Shown: positions 25,275-35,612 of the stretch, one piece after another | Layout of the letters: each line of letters begins with the position of its first letter | Numbering within the stretch: the stretch's first letter is position 1 | From: Patescibacteria group bacterium | GTDB lineage: Bacteria > Patescibacteriota > Microgenomatia > UBA8517 | Length of the DNA stretch: 64,000 nucleotides | Direction of reading: 5' to 3' | Assembly: GCA_022868165.1 (NCBI GenBank) | Contig: JALHYA010000001.1 | Coordinates: 12,937 to 76,936 of the forward strand | Position numbers and translations under genes: made by a program | The notes under the pieces: generated by a model | The model's input: only the letters and a program-made list of their open reading frames with translations | What the model was told of the DNA's origin: nothing | The model's database searches: none

Positions 25275-26591
25275 TTACCTCGCCATTGTGTACGTTGTAG
25301 GATGATAAATAAAAACGGCTGGGCAATCTTCGACCAAAAATCTCTGGAAATCCCAATAAATTTTCTTCCTGTTTTCCTGATTCAACTCAACCCTTCCGTC
25401 TTCCAAAAGCTTGTCGATTCTGGGACTTTGATAGTGGGATATGTTCGTACTTGTTTGGGTAGAGTGCCAAATTGCATATTGGTCGGGGTCCTTGGGAGTA
25501 TCGAATATTGCCAAGAAAGCCTGATAATCGGTAGGAATTCCGGAAACGACTTGAATAGTTGTTTTTACTCCAATTCCCTCCCAATCTTTGGCTATTTTTT
25601 CAGCATCTTTCAAAAGAATGGGGGTCGTTGAAAGTTTTAGAGTTAAGTTTGCCTTCATTTCCTTAGGCAGATCGTTCAAAAGCTCTTTGGCTCTTGCGGG
25701 GTCGTACGAATAAGGTTTTACCTGGGGGTTATAAGCCCATGAGTCGGGCGAAATGGGTCCCAATGCTCTAGGCCCGTCAAAATTGTCCTTATTTATGGCA
25801 TAATCGAGAGCCTGTCTGAAGTTTTTCCCTTTCAAAAGATTGTCTTGGGTGTTGAAAAAGATAACTACATATCTCGTTTGGTCTACTTCTTTTTCGATAT
25901 TTGTGGTTTTCCAGTTTTCAAATTCCGAAGTGCTGAAAATATCCTCTATTTTATCTACCTGACCGAGCTTAAATGCAATTTTCGTTTGCTTTTCGGTCGG
26001 ATAGAACTTATAAATGGTTCTCTCGCCTTTTTTGCCTTTTAAATCCAATTCCTGAACGTTGCCTGCTGCAAGAATAATTGTGGAAACTTTCCAGTCGCCC
26101 GTGCCCAAAAGTCCTTTTCTGAAAGTAGGTTTAGATACAACAGAAGGAAAAGGTGCATACGGAGTTTTTAACTTAAAAACCAAAGTATTTGCGTCGGGGC
26201 GGTCTATTGTAAGGTCTGAAAATTGGTAAACGATGGATTGGGACGTGACCCTTTTTCCGTCCTGCCAATAAGCCTCTTTAAGATGAAATGTCCATGTTTT
26301 ACCGTCTTCCGAAGATTCCCAGCTTGAGGATAAATTCGGAGTTACTTCGCCGGCGTTGTCCGTTTGCGTAAGGCCGTCCCCGACCATTTCCAAAATATTG
26401 TTCGGGAGAGAATCCGGGGTGAATCTGCCAGTAATTCCAATTCTTACAGTACTTGCACCAAGTAAGTTCGGGCCAAGTGCACGGATAATGAAAAAACCCG
26501 CCAAACCCAGAAAAGCGCTTAGAAGAATTATACCTTTAAAACGAGAAATAAAAGCTCCGATAAGGCGAAAAAAGTATCTTACCTTAAGCAT
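25275..26591 (-). CDS. Family 5 ABC substrate-binding protein (OppA/DppA-like)
   Basis: SEDGKTWTFHLK..YWQDG; FRQALDYAINK; YDPARAKELL. Confidence 0.9.
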   Translation of the reverse strand: MLKVRYFFRLIGAFISRFKGIILLSAFLGLAGFFIIRALGPNLLGASTVRIGITGRFTPDSLPNNILEMVGDGLTQTDNAGEVTPNLSSSWESSEDGKTWTFHLKEAYWQDGKRVTSQSIVYQFSDLTIDRPDANTLVFKLKTPYAPFPSVVSKPTFRKGLLGTGDWKVSTIILAAGNVQELDLKGKKGERTIYKFYPTEKQTKIAFKLGQVDKIEDIFSTSEFENWKTTNIEKEVDQTRYVVIFFNTQDNLLKGKNFRQALDYAINKDNFDGPRALGPISPDSWAYNPQVKPYSYDPARAKELLNDLPKEMKANLTLKLSTTPILLKDAEKIAKDWEGIGVKTTIQVVSGIPTDYQAFLAIFDTPKDPDQYAIWHSTQTSTNISHYQSPRIDKLLEDGRVELNQENRKKIYWDFQRFLVEDCPAVFIYHPTTYTMAR

Positions 26592-26594
26592 AAA

Positions 26595-26807
26595 TCAAAT
26601 GAAAAGCGAGAGAATCGAAATAATAACGAAGATTGTAGCGAATAAGAAAGTTGCACGAAAAATGATTTTTTCCAATCCACGTCTTGTGAAGCTGGATTGG
26701 CCGGCCCCCCACGCACGGCTTAAACCCTTGCCGCGAGCCTGGACCAAGACAGTGCCAACCAAAAATATTGAAACGATAACCTGAATAACCAGCAAAGTTT
26801 CCTTCAT
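26595..26807 (-). CDS. secG: Preprotein translocase subunit SecG
   Basis: VLVQARGKGL...WG......TRRGLEK; two TM segments. Confidence 0.9.
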   Translation of the reverse strand: MKETLLVIQVIVSIFLVGTVLVQARGKGLSRAWGAGQSSFTRRGLEKIIFRATFLFATIFVIISILSLFI

Positions 26808-26838
26808 CCTAGAGAAACATTATACCCCAAAGAGGCCG

Positions 26839-27240
26839 CTATTTAATAATCCAGTAGATTAAAGAGCTGAAAAAGGACAAAACAAAGGAAAAGGCTACGA
26901 AAGCCAGAATTCCCGTAAAGGAGACTGCAGGAATATCGAACCATTTCGTAGTAAATCCAACAAAGCTGAAACTGAGAATTGTAAATCCCGGAACGATTAA
27001 AGTAACAATATAAAGAGTAATGGCCGAGGAGACCCACCTAAAAAGCCCGAACGTAAGAAGATTTATAGGCAGAAGTAAAATGCCGATAACGGGTTTGGCC
27101 AAGAGCGAAACAATAGTTAATCCCACACCGGCCAAAAACAAGTCTTCCCAGCCTTTGGCAAAAATCATCCCCTGCGCAATGCGCGAAACAACGAAAAGGG
27201 AAAATGTATCTATGACATAGTGCCGGATTATTCTCTTCAA
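26839..27240 (-). CDS. YvlD/DUF360 (holin-4-like) membrane protein
   Basis: AKPVIGILLLPINLLTFGLF; start uncertain (TTG 27240). Confidence 0.8.
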   Translation of the reverse strand: MKRIIRHYVIDTFSLFVVSRIAQGMIFAKGWEDLFLAGVGLTIVSLLAKPVIGILLLPINLLTFGLFRWVSSAITLYIVTLIVPGFTILSFSFVGFTTKWFDIPAVSFTGILAFVAFSFVLSFFSSLIYWIIK

Positions 27241-27275
27241 GCTATTTTTAAGTATCGCCCGCAAAGTATGGCGTG

Positions 27276-28619
27276 TCAAGAATTCGAGACAAACTCTACG
27301 AGACTTTTCTTAACAAGTTTGTGGTGATACATTCGGGCAAATCTGTGGGCCTCGTTTCTTATTCTTTGCAAAAGATTTAGGGCGGGCCCCTTCGAAAGAG
27401 CAATTTGGGCGAAACCATTATCGCTTGGAATTATTAATGTTTCGAACATTTTTGCCAACCCGACAATGGGAATATTTAGCTTGTCAAATATCAGGCGGAA
27501 AGCGTTTACTTGAGCTTTTCCTCCGTCGACAACTATCAAATCGGGTTTTCCCCAGCCCCTTAAGTTTGCGGCCCTTCTTCGTGCGACCTCCCTCATAGAA
27601 GAAATATCGTCCTGGCCTTTTGTTTGTTTTATTCTAAAATGTCGGTAAAAACTTTTGTCGGCCTCACCTGCGATAAAAGTTACCATGGAAGCGGTGGGAA
27701 AAGTTCCCGTAAGGTGGGCAACGTCAAAACACTCAATTCTGGAAATTTTCCCTGGTAATTTAACATGTTTGGAAATTATCGACGTTAAAACTTGAAGCTC
27801 TTGCTCGCGGATATCCTCTGCAAGATTTGGATTTTGCAAAAACCGGGAAACTTCGGTAACAGGCTGGGTAATGTAATCAAGACGTTCGACCTGCGAACGA
27901 ACGAGGACGGCATCTTCATATTTTTCCTTTGCCGAAAATTCCCTCATTTCTCTAGTCAGATCGTTTCTGACACTATGCATCTCTCCCTGAAGAATTTTTC
28001 TTATTCTGGCAATATTTTTTCTGTATTTTCCTCTCAACAATTCCTTATCCTTGCCGTCTTTAAATAACTCTATGGCGTTTGGACAGGGGTTGCATAATCC
28101 TATGTGGTTGTATAAACAGGGCCTCTTGCCTAATTTATGGTCGGAAAACGGAAAGATTTTCCTGACCATTTTTAAGACTCCCCGAACGGCTGTTGATGAA
28201 GGAAAGGGACCGAAATAATCGACGACTTTTTCGTTCTCTTCGATTTTCCTTGAAGTAAGAACCCTGGGATATTTTTCTTTGGTTATCTTTATATAGAGAG
28301 GGTGCTTATCGTCTTTTAGTGCAAAGTTGTATCTCGGCTTATTGGCACGGATTAGTTTGGCTTCAAGAAGCAGAGCCTCCAGTTCCGAACCAACGACAAT
28401 AAAAGAAAAGGTATCGGCCTCACTTACCATTTTAGAGGTTTTGGGCGCCAGATTTATTGTGAAGTAGGAATTGAGCCTGCTTTTGAGATTAACTGCCTTA
28501 CCTATATATAACGGTGTGTTTTTCTGCCAGAAGATATATATTCCGGCGTTTTCCGGAATTTTCCTAAGGCTTTGTTTGAGGTTGGGAAACCTCCGGAGGA
28601 TTTTTAATTGATTGCGCAT
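27276..28619 (-). CDS. uvrC: Excinuclease ABC subunit C, short form
   Basis: GIY...YIGKA.NL..R, RIECFD, PDLIVVDGGK.Q, RNEAHRFA. Confidence 0.92.
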   Translation of the reverse strand: MRNQLKILRRFPNLKQSLRKIPENAGIYIFWQKNTPLYIGKAVNLKSRLNSYFTINLAPKTSKMVSEADTFSFIVVGSELEALLLEAKLIRANKPRYNFALKDDKHPLYIKITKEKYPRVLTSRKIEENEKVVDYFGPFPSSTAVRGVLKMVRKIFPFSDHKLGKRPCLYNHIGLCNPCPNAIELFKDGKDKELLRGKYRKNIARIRKILQGEMHSVRNDLTREMREFSAKEKYEDAVLVRSQVERLDYITQPVTEVSRFLQNPNLAEDIREQELQVLTSIISKHVKLPGKISRIECFDVAHLTGTFPTASMVTFIAGEADKSFYRHFRIKQTKGQDDISSMREVARRRAANLRGWGKPDLIVVDGGKAQVNAFRLIFDKLNIPIVGLAKMFETLIIPSDNGFAQIALSKGPALNLLQRIRNEAHRFARMYHHKLVKKSLVEFVSNS

Positions 28620-30459
28620 TTTTTAGAAAAAACTTGGCGTAAATTTTAAATAAAGAAACCCTTTTTATTCTCAACACTACTATCCCGACGAGAATGGCAA
28701 AAATGAGAAATATTGCCAAAAGATTATAGATTATAACTTGACTCTTGAATGTGGGAATCTCAACCTTCTGGTCGAGAAGCAAAATCGTTATTTTATCGGG
28801 AGTTTTATTTCCCAAAAAGCTGAAAGGCACGCTAAGAACCATATCATAGGTAGCATATGGAGGAAAGACATCGATTGTTGTTCCTTGTGAACTTTTTGAA
28901 TCAAAATCAATTTCCGGAGTGAGATTATAGAGCGCAACCGGTCCCGGATTATATACCTTGACAAGAATTTTATTGTTGAAAAAAGGTAAAGGCTGATTGT
29001 TTACGTATGAAATTTGCGGATAACTTACTCTTTTGTCCGGCAAATTACCGAAATTTACAAAGACGTCTTTCTGCGGATTTGTCCCAAGTTTATAAGAGCC
29101 CGGCGGATAGGGCTTAACGGGGCTTTCGCCGTGAATTACAAAGGTGAAGTGTCTAAGATCCAGCTTACTAAAGTAGTCGATACCTTTGGTTGTCGAGCCC
29201 CATGTGGGGTCAACCGGAATCCAGACCTGTTTTTCTTTATCCCAATATTCCGGCCATGCGTGCAAAACATCGGCAACTAAAGAAAGCGGTTGGATTTGGG
29301 GATTTTCAGTATATGCATAGCCGTTAATTTCTCTTGCGGGAATGCCTGCCGCCCTAGAAAGAGCAATAAATAGGTCCGTGAATTCCATACATATTGCATT
29401 TTTGGGATTGAGGAGTGCCTTTTTGGCCCCTAATCTCTCAACATTCGGTTTAACCCTGCCGTAATCATAAGAAAGAGTTGTAGTTACATAGTCGTAAAGG
29501 AATTTTGGCGTCTGTAAACGTTTTGCCAACTCGACTATTTGAGGGTCGCTGCTTTGCCAATATTGGGTCTCATTGAGGTCGGTTTTTAAAACATCTTCGG
29601 AAGATTTCATAAACGGTCTAAATCCCGAAAATATTTGAACGCTGCCGGTTGCTTTAACGTCAATTCTTTCCCGAGGTTTTAATTCATAGGAAGCAATCCA
29701 ATTGCCGTCCGGGTCTAAGGAAATTTTTATTGGAGCAGGAGAAATTGTCGAGTAATACATCTTTTGGAAGGCGGTATCGGGAGGAATTGCGATATCCGCA
29801 AGAGAGCTTTTGCCCAGTGGATTTTCGAGGTGATAATTTAAAACGAAAGAAAAAACCTGAAAATCTCCGAATCCGGCTGTGACACCGCTTCTTCCCATAT
29901 CTTCCTGGCCGTATGAATAAACCAAAAAATTACCCTGGGGACTTACCTTTGCGGGCTTTGGAGAAATGTACGCTTCCTTTCCAAAAGAATTCGGGACATA
30001 AATATTTACAGCGTAGCTGCGGTACGATGTGCCGGTGGCTATTCTCGGGATTGAGATTTCCCAAATCTCCCCGGTTTTGACTGCAAAAGAGTCTTCGTCA
30101 AAAGAAACAGAGAAGGTCCGCGAATTTCCTTTACCCACAACGGAATCGGGGAAGTTTATTGTGATATCGTCCTTTCCGCCCATTTTATTTTCAGAAAACG
30201 GCAGTGGGGCCCCGTTTTGCAAAGCTTGGATATTTTTCGGAGAAAGATTTTCCAAGGAGAGAGTATAGGATGTGGCGTAAATGTTGGTCAGGGCATTGAT
30301 AAGTGTTACGTTGTTAACTACGGTGGTTTTACCACTGGGAGCGATCTTATAATCAACCCTGACATCCGTTACAAATTCCCCTTCGGCTTGGACAAAAGAA
30401 GGTTTAATCGCCAGTGCCGTGAGAAAAAAAAGGAGAAAAAGAATAATTTTCTTTAACAT
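28564..30459 (-). CDS. Secreted/membrane transglutaminase-like protein
   Basis: AICMEFTDLFIALSRAAGIPAR, HAWPE, WIPVDPTW; signal peptide and C-terminal TM. Confidence 0.88.
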   Translation of the reverse strand: MLKKIILFLLFFLTALAIKPSFVQAEGEFVTDVRVDYKIAPSGKTTVVNNVTLINALTNIYATSYTLSLENLSPKNIQALQNGAPLPFSENKMGGKDDITINFPDSVVGKGNSRTFSVSFDEDSFAVKTGEIWEISIPRIATGTSYRSYAVNIYVPNSFGKEAYISPKPAKVSPQGNFLVYSYGQEDMGRSGVTAGFGDFQVFSFVLNYHLENPLGKSSLADIAIPPDTAFQKMYYSTISPAPIKISLDPDGNWIASYELKPRERIDVKATGSVQIFSGFRPFMKSSEDVLKTDLNETQYWQSSDPQIVELAKRLQTPKFLYDYVTTTLSYDYGRVKPNVERLGAKKALLNPKNAICMEFTDLFIALSRAAGIPAREINGYAYTENPQIQPLSLVADVLHAWPEYWDKEKQVWIPVDPTWGSTTKGIDYFSKLDLRHFTFVIHGESPVKPYPPGSYKLGTNPQKDVFVNFGNLPDKRVSYPQISYVNNQPLPFFNNKILVKVYNPGPVALYNLTPEIDFDSKSSQGTTIDVFPPYATYDMVLSVPFSFLGNKTPDKITILLLDQKVEIPTFKSQVIIYNLLAIFLIFAILVGIVVLRIKRVSLFKIYAKFFLKNAQSIKNPPEVSQPQTKP

Positions 30460-30464
30460 CAACT

Positions 30465-33440
30465 TTAGTATATTAGATTGCGCAGAAGTTGCCCAGTATA
30501 CGACTTCTGGGACTTTGCAATATCTCTTGTTGTCCCTTTTGCGACAACCTCTCCCCCATTGTCCCCTCCTTCCGGGCCCAAATCTATAATCCAATCGGCA
30601 TTTTTAATTACATCCGGATTATGCTCGATGATAAATACCGAATTACCCCTCGAAACCAGAAGCTTAAGTACCTTCAAAAGTTTTTCGATATCGGCAAAAT
30701 GAAGACCGGTGGTGGGTTCGTCGAGAATATAAACCGTCGAACCGGTGGCCTTTTTGGAAAGTTCGGAAGCAAGTTTTACCCTTTGTGCCTCTCCACCCGA
30801 CAGAGTTGTAGCCGGCTGGCCCAGTTCCATGTAGCCTAGGCCGACTTCTTCCAAGGTCTCGAGTTTGCCAACTATTTGGGAGTGGGCATGGAAAAATTCC
30901 TTTGCTTCCGTTACGGTCAAGTTTAAAACTTCGGAAATATTTTTGCCTTTATATGAAATTTCCAGCGTTTGATTGTTGTATCTTTTTGCTTGGCAGACTT
31001 CGCAGGTCACCCAAATATCGCTCATAAACTGCATTTCTATCTTTATTTGCCCCTGGCCTTCACAAGCTTCGCACCTTCCGCCTTTGACGTTGAAAGAAAA
31101 TCTTCCTTTCTTAAATCCCAAGGACTTGGCATCTTTTGTTAACGCATAAACATCGCGGATGGGGCCAAAAACCCCCGTATATGTTGCGGGATTGCTTCTG
31201 GGAGTTCTTCCGATTGGCGACTGGTCAATTAAAATTACCTTGTCGACATTATCTACACCTTCCATAGATTTAAACTTTCCCAACTCTCCCCTATAAAAAG
31301 GATTTAACTTTTCCGAAAGAGCAGGAAAAAGAGTTTCAACCAGTAATGTGGACTTACCGCTCCCCGAAACTCCTGTAATTACAACAAATTTTGAAAGAGG
31401 AAACTCTACATTTATGTTTTTAAGATTAAATTGATTGCAGCCGACAAGGGTGAGAGAAGCTGGAAGATTGAGATTAGAGGCTGGATTCTGAAGTTGGAAG
31501 TTAGAGCGAATCGAACTTCTAGCCTCGTCATCAAACATCCAGTTTCCAACATCTATCTTCCTTTTTCCCGACAAATACTGTCCTGTTAAAGACTTTGGAT
31601 TTTTTGATATTTGAGACGGCGTCCCTTCGGCAACAAGAATTCCTCCGTCTCGTCCGGCTCCGGGTCCAAAATCAAAAACATGGTCTGCCTGTTCAATCAT
31701 TTGCCTGTCGTGTTCGACAACAATTACAGTGTTTCCCAGATCCCTGAGCCTTTTAAGGGTATCGATAAGTTTTTGGTTGTCGCGCATATGAAGACCGATT
31801 GTTGGCTCATCCAATACATACAATACTCCCGTAAGGCCGGAGCCGATTTGAGAGGCGAGACGGATTCTCTGCGCCTCCCCGCCCGAAAGCGTTCCTGCTT
31901 CTCTGGAAAGAGTTAAATATTCAAGACCCACTGCTTTGAGAAAATTGAGTCGGGAAGAAATTTCCTTATGAATTAATCTTGCAATTTCTTTTTCTCTTTC
32001 GTTCAATATAGAAGGAAGCTTTTCTATCCACTCGGCGGCTTTTGTTATCGAGAAATCCGTAACTTGGGAAATGGAAAGCTCATTAATGGTTATTCCCAAA
32101 GCTTCCTTTTTAAGTCTTGCTCCGTTGCATACTTCGCACAATCTTTCCCTCATATACTTCTCTATTGCCATTCTTATGTAATCGGATGTAGACTCCACGT
32201 GCCTTCTTTCGAGTTCGGGAACGACTCCGAGCCATTTTGCCCAAATAAAAGTGTCTTTCCCGAAACGATTTCTTCCAAAAACCTGATAAAGTTTGTCTCC
32301 GGTTCCGTAAAGAAGAATAATTTTTTGCTCTTTTGTATAGGAAGAAATTGGAGCCCGCGGGTTTATTCCGTTTTCCTCACACATCTTAAAAACTATCCGG
32401 GAAAACCACGTTTCGTGTTCAAACATAGAAGCAAACGGCAAAATTCCTCCTTCGGTTATCGATAGCATCTCGGAAAAGATGAGATGAGGTTCGACTTTGA
32501 GTATTTTTCCCAGACCCGAACAATTCGGACAAGCTCCGTATGGGGAATTAAATGAAAATGTTCTCGGTTCGACCTCCGGAATTTGAATATTGTCTACCGG
32601 ACAGGCGAATTTTTCGGAAAAAAGATGGTCCGTGAATTTTTTTGGATATTCCGGCAATTCAAATCCTTTGTCTAATATTTGAGAAAGAATTATGTTTCCG
32701 TCGGACAGTTTAAGGGCTTGTTCTATGGAATCGGAGATTCTTGATTTAAGATTTTCTTTAAAAATTGGGTCCTTGAGGTTGCTTAGGCTTAGACTTAATC
32801 TGTCGACCACCGCTTCGATTGAATGTTTGTTGGTTTTAATTAAAAGGAAATCCTCGGAGAGCGACTTAACTTGTCCGTCAACCCTTACTTGTCTGAATCC
32901 TTTTGCTTTGAGGTTTTCAAACAAAGAAGAAAATTCGCCTTTTCTTCCGGAAACAATAGGAGAAAGGACCAAAAACCAGGCTTTTTTGTCGGTTTTGGCA
33001 GTTTGTTCGATTAAAGTAAGACCTGCATTTACTATTTGGTCAACCGATTGTGAAGAAATTTCCCGTCCGCAAATAGGACAATGAGGATGACCGACTCGGG
33101 CAAATAATAGCCTCATATAATCGTAAATTTCCGTAATCGTTCCGACGATTGAACGCGGGTTTCGCGAAGTTGTCTTTTGGTCAATCGAAATCGCTGGGGA
33201 AAGACCTTCTATTGCATCCACATCGGGCTTTTCCATAACACCCAAAAACTGCCGGGCATAGGTGGAAAGGCTTTCTACATATCTTCTTTGACCTTCGGCA
33301 TAAATTGTGTCAAAAGCAAGCGAGCTTTTTCCACTACCCGAAACTCCCGTAAAAACAATCAATTTGTTTTTCGGAATATCCAAATTGATATTTTTGAGAT
33401 TATGCTGTCTGGCGCCCCTTATTTTGATTACGTTTTCCAT
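30465..33440 (-). CDS. uvrA: Excinuclease ABC subunit A
   Basis: IRGARQHNLKN; two GVSGSGKS; two LSGGEAQR; Zn fingers. Confidence 0.98.
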   Translation of the reverse strand: MENVIKIRGARQHNLKNINLDIPKNKLIVFTGVSGSGKSSLAFDTIYAEGQRRYVESLSTYARQFLGVMEKPDVDAIEGLSPAISIDQKTTSRNPRSIVGTITEIYDYMRLLFARVGHPHCPICGREISSQSVDQIVNAGLTLIEQTAKTDKKAWFLVLSPIVSGRKGEFSSLFENLKAKGFRQVRVDGQVKSLSEDFLLIKTNKHSIEAVVDRLSLSLSNLKDPIFKENLKSRISDSIEQALKLSDGNIILSQILDKGFELPEYPKKFTDHLFSEKFACPVDNIQIPEVEPRTFSFNSPYGACPNCSGLGKILKVEPHLIFSEMLSITEGGILPFASMFEHETWFSRIVFKMCEENGINPRAPISSYTKEQKIILLYGTGDKLYQVFGRNRFGKDTFIWAKWLGVVPELERRHVESTSDYIRMAIEKYMRERLCEVCNGARLKKEALGITINELSISQVTDFSITKAAEWIEKLPSILNEREKEIARLIHKEISSRLNFLKAVGLEYLTLSREAGTLSGGEAQRIRLASQIGSGLTGVLYVLDEPTIGLHMRDNQKLIDTLKRLRDLGNTVIVVEHDRQMIEQADHVFDFGPGAGRDGGILVAEGTPSQISKNPKSLTGQYLSGKRKIDVGNWMFDDEARSSIRSNFQLQNPASNLNLPASLTLVGCNQFNLKNINVEFPLSKFVVITGVSGSGKSTLLVETLFPALSEKLNPFYRGELGKFKSMEGVDNVDKVILIDQSPIGRTPRSNPATYTGVFGPIRDVYALTKDAKSLGFKKGRFSFNVKGGRCEACEGQGQIKIEMQFMSDIWVTCEVCQAKRYNNQTLEISYKGKNISEVLNLTVTEAKEFFHAHSQIVGKLETLEEVGLGYMELGQPATTLSGGEAQRVKLASELSKKATGSTVYILDEPTTGLHFADIEKLLKVLKLLVSRGNSVFIIEHNPDVIKNADWIIDLGPEGGDNGGEVVAKGTTRDIAKSQKSYTGQLLRNLIY

Positions 33441-33496
33441 TTCCACGCAAAAAACGCATCGGATGGTACCGAAGCACTCCATTATATAACTAAATC

Positions 33497-35569
33497 TTAG
33501 AGATTTGTCTCTATTTCTTTTATCTTGTCCCTAACCTGCGCTGCCAATTCAAAATTCAAATCCTGCGCTGCAAGGCGCATTTCGGTTTTGAGTGTACGGA
33601 CTAAACGGTTTTTCTCCATCGGCGTTAAGGCTTCCATATCTAAATCCGGCAAAGTATCGTAAACGGAAGGTTTGCCGCCGAACATCCATGAATATTTGGG
33701 TTCTTCATCTTTTTCTATAAGTTTCTCTCGAATAGGTTTTTCGATGCTTCGGGGAGTTATGTGATACTTCTTATTCATCGCCAGCTGATACGCTCGCCTC
33801 CTTTCGACTTCGCTCAAGGCGCGCCGCATCGAGCCGGTAATTACATCGGCATACATAATTACGCGTCCCTCAACGTGTCTGGCGGCCCTACCCATTGTTT
33901 GGATTAATGTCACATCGCTTCTCAAAAATCCTTCCTTGTCCGCATCGAGAATTGCGACCAGAGAAACCTCGGGCAAATCAAGCCCCTCTCTAAGTAAATT
34001 GATTCCCACCAGAACATCATATTTTCCGGCTCTTAAATCGTCCAAAATATCCGTTCTGTCTAAAGTTTTAACATCCGAGTGAAGATAATGAACTTTTAGT
34101 CCCTGTTCGGCCAAATAAGCGGACAAGTCCTCCGCTGTTCTTTTTGTCAGAGTGGTAACCAGTGTCCTTTGCTTTTTGGCCGTTTGCTTTTTAATTTCTT
34201 CTATCGCGTCAGCCACCTGATTTTTCGTCGGTCTTATTTCCACTACCGGGTCCGGAATTCCGGTAGGTCGAAGAAGTTGTTCTACAACTCCGTTGTATGA
34301 TATATCATTATATGAGACATTGGCTTTCTTCGCTGAGTCTTTGGCCATTGATAGCTCCCATTCGTCGGGTGTTGCGCTTGTCGCAATAAAATTGGGAATC
34401 CTCCTCATAAACTCGTCGAACTTAAGAGGTCTATTGTCTATTGCTGCCGGCAAACGAAACCCGTAATCAACCAGGGTTTGCTTTCTTGATAAATCTCCCG
34501 CGTACATTCCGCGAATTTGAGGAAAAGTCATATGGCTTTCGTCAACAATAACCAGCCAATCCTTTCCGTAAGGATGGGTAAAGTAATCCAAAAGGGAATA
34601 CGGAGCATCTCCGGGAGCCCGTCCGTCGAAATATCTGGAATAATTTTCGATTCCCTTTACATACCCTACTTCCTGTATCATTTCCAAATCATACGTTACA
34701 CGCTGTTTTAACCTATGTGCCTCGAGTTCTTTTCCTTTTTTTGTGAGTTTGGCGACCTGTTTTTCCAAATCGCAATGGATTTGGGAAAAAACATCTTTGT
34801 TTTTTGAAGGGTCCGTCATAAAATGCTTAGCGGGGTAAAGAGTGAAATTGCAAGACGGATGTTGGAAGTTTGAAATTTCTTCCCCGCTAACAGGATTTAT
34901 ATATTTGGCTTCCTCAATTCTATCTTTTCCCAATTCGATCCTGATTCCTTCGTCTTGATATGCGGGGAAAATATCTATCGTGTCTCCGCGAACCCTGAAT
35001 GTTCCTCTGTGAAATCCGAAATCTCCCCTTTCGTACTGCAAATCGATTAAGCGGTCGATAATCTGTTCACGATTTATCTTCATTCCCTTTGAAAATTCAA
35101 AAACAAAATGGCCGTATTCTATTGGAGAGCCGATGTTATAAATACACGATACCGAAGCGACAACTATAGTGTCACTCCTTGTCAAAAGATTAGCGGTTGC
35201 CGCTAAACGAAGTTTATCGATAAGCTCGTTTATATCCGAATCTTTTTCGATATATGTATCAGTACTTGGGATATACGCTTCCGGCTGATAAAAATCGTAG
35301 TAAGAAACAAAGTAAGAAACGGCATTTTCAGGGAAAAAGTCCCTTAGCTCCTGATAAAGCTGTGCCGCCAGAGTTTTGTTGTGGGAAATAATTAAAGTAG
35401 GCCTCTGAAGTTTTTCGATAACATTGGCCATCGTAAATGTTTTTCCCGAGCCAGTAACACCCAAGAGGACCTGATATTTTTTGTTATCCATTACACCCTT
35501 GACCAATTTTTGAATGGCCTGGACTTGGTCAGGAATGGTTTTAAAACTCGAACGAAGTTTAAATTTCAT
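33497..35569 (-). CDS. uvrB: Excinuclease ABC subunit B
   Basis: LLGVTGSGKTFT, YYDFYQPEAY, GINLLREGLDLPEV. Confidence 0.98.
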   Translation of the reverse strand: MKFKLRSSFKTIPDQVQAIQKLVKGVMDNKKYQVLLGVTGSGKTFTMANVIEKLQRPTLIISHNKTLAAQLYQELRDFFPENAVSYFVSYYDFYQPEAYIPSTDTYIEKDSDINELIDKLRLAATANLLTRSDTIVVASVSCIYNIGSPIEYGHFVFEFSKGMKINREQIIDRLIDLQYERGDFGFHRGTFRVRGDTIDIFPAYQDEGIRIELGKDRIEEAKYINPVSGEEISNFQHPSCNFTLYPAKHFMTDPSKNKDVFSQIHCDLEKQVAKLTKKGKELEAHRLKQRVTYDLEMIQEVGYVKGIENYSRYFDGRAPGDAPYSLLDYFTHPYGKDWLVIVDESHMTFPQIRGMYAGDLSRKQTLVDYGFRLPAAIDNRPLKFDEFMRRIPNFIATSATPDEWELSMAKDSAKKANVSYNDISYNGVVEQLLRPTGIPDPVVEIRPTKNQVADAIEEIKKQTAKKQRTLVTTLTKRTAEDLSAYLAEQGLKVHYLHSDVKTLDRTDILDDLRAGKYDVLVGINLLREGLDLPEVSLVAILDADKEGFLRSDVTLIQTMGRAARHVEGRVIMYADVITGSMRRALSEVERRRAYQLAMNKKYHITPRSIEKPIREKLIEKDEEPKYSWMFGGKPSVYDTLPDLDMEALTPMEKNRLVRTLKTEMRLAAQDLNFELAAQVRDKIKEIETNL

Positions 35570-35571
35570 AC

Positions 35572-35587
35572 CCGAATCTCGCCCGAA
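35572..35587 (-). promoter_or_regulatory. Candidate LexA box TTCGG-GCGAGA-TTCGG between the -10 and the uvrB start
   Basis: Minus strand reads TATAAT-T-TTCGGGCGAGATTCGG-GT-ATG. Confidence 0.75.
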
Positions 35588-35612
35588 AATTATATCACGA
35601 AGCCCTTTCAGC

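Noticed and set aside
33455-33475. LexA box upstream of uvrA
   Set aside because: Only one TTCGG half-site; the second half does not match at the 11-bp period
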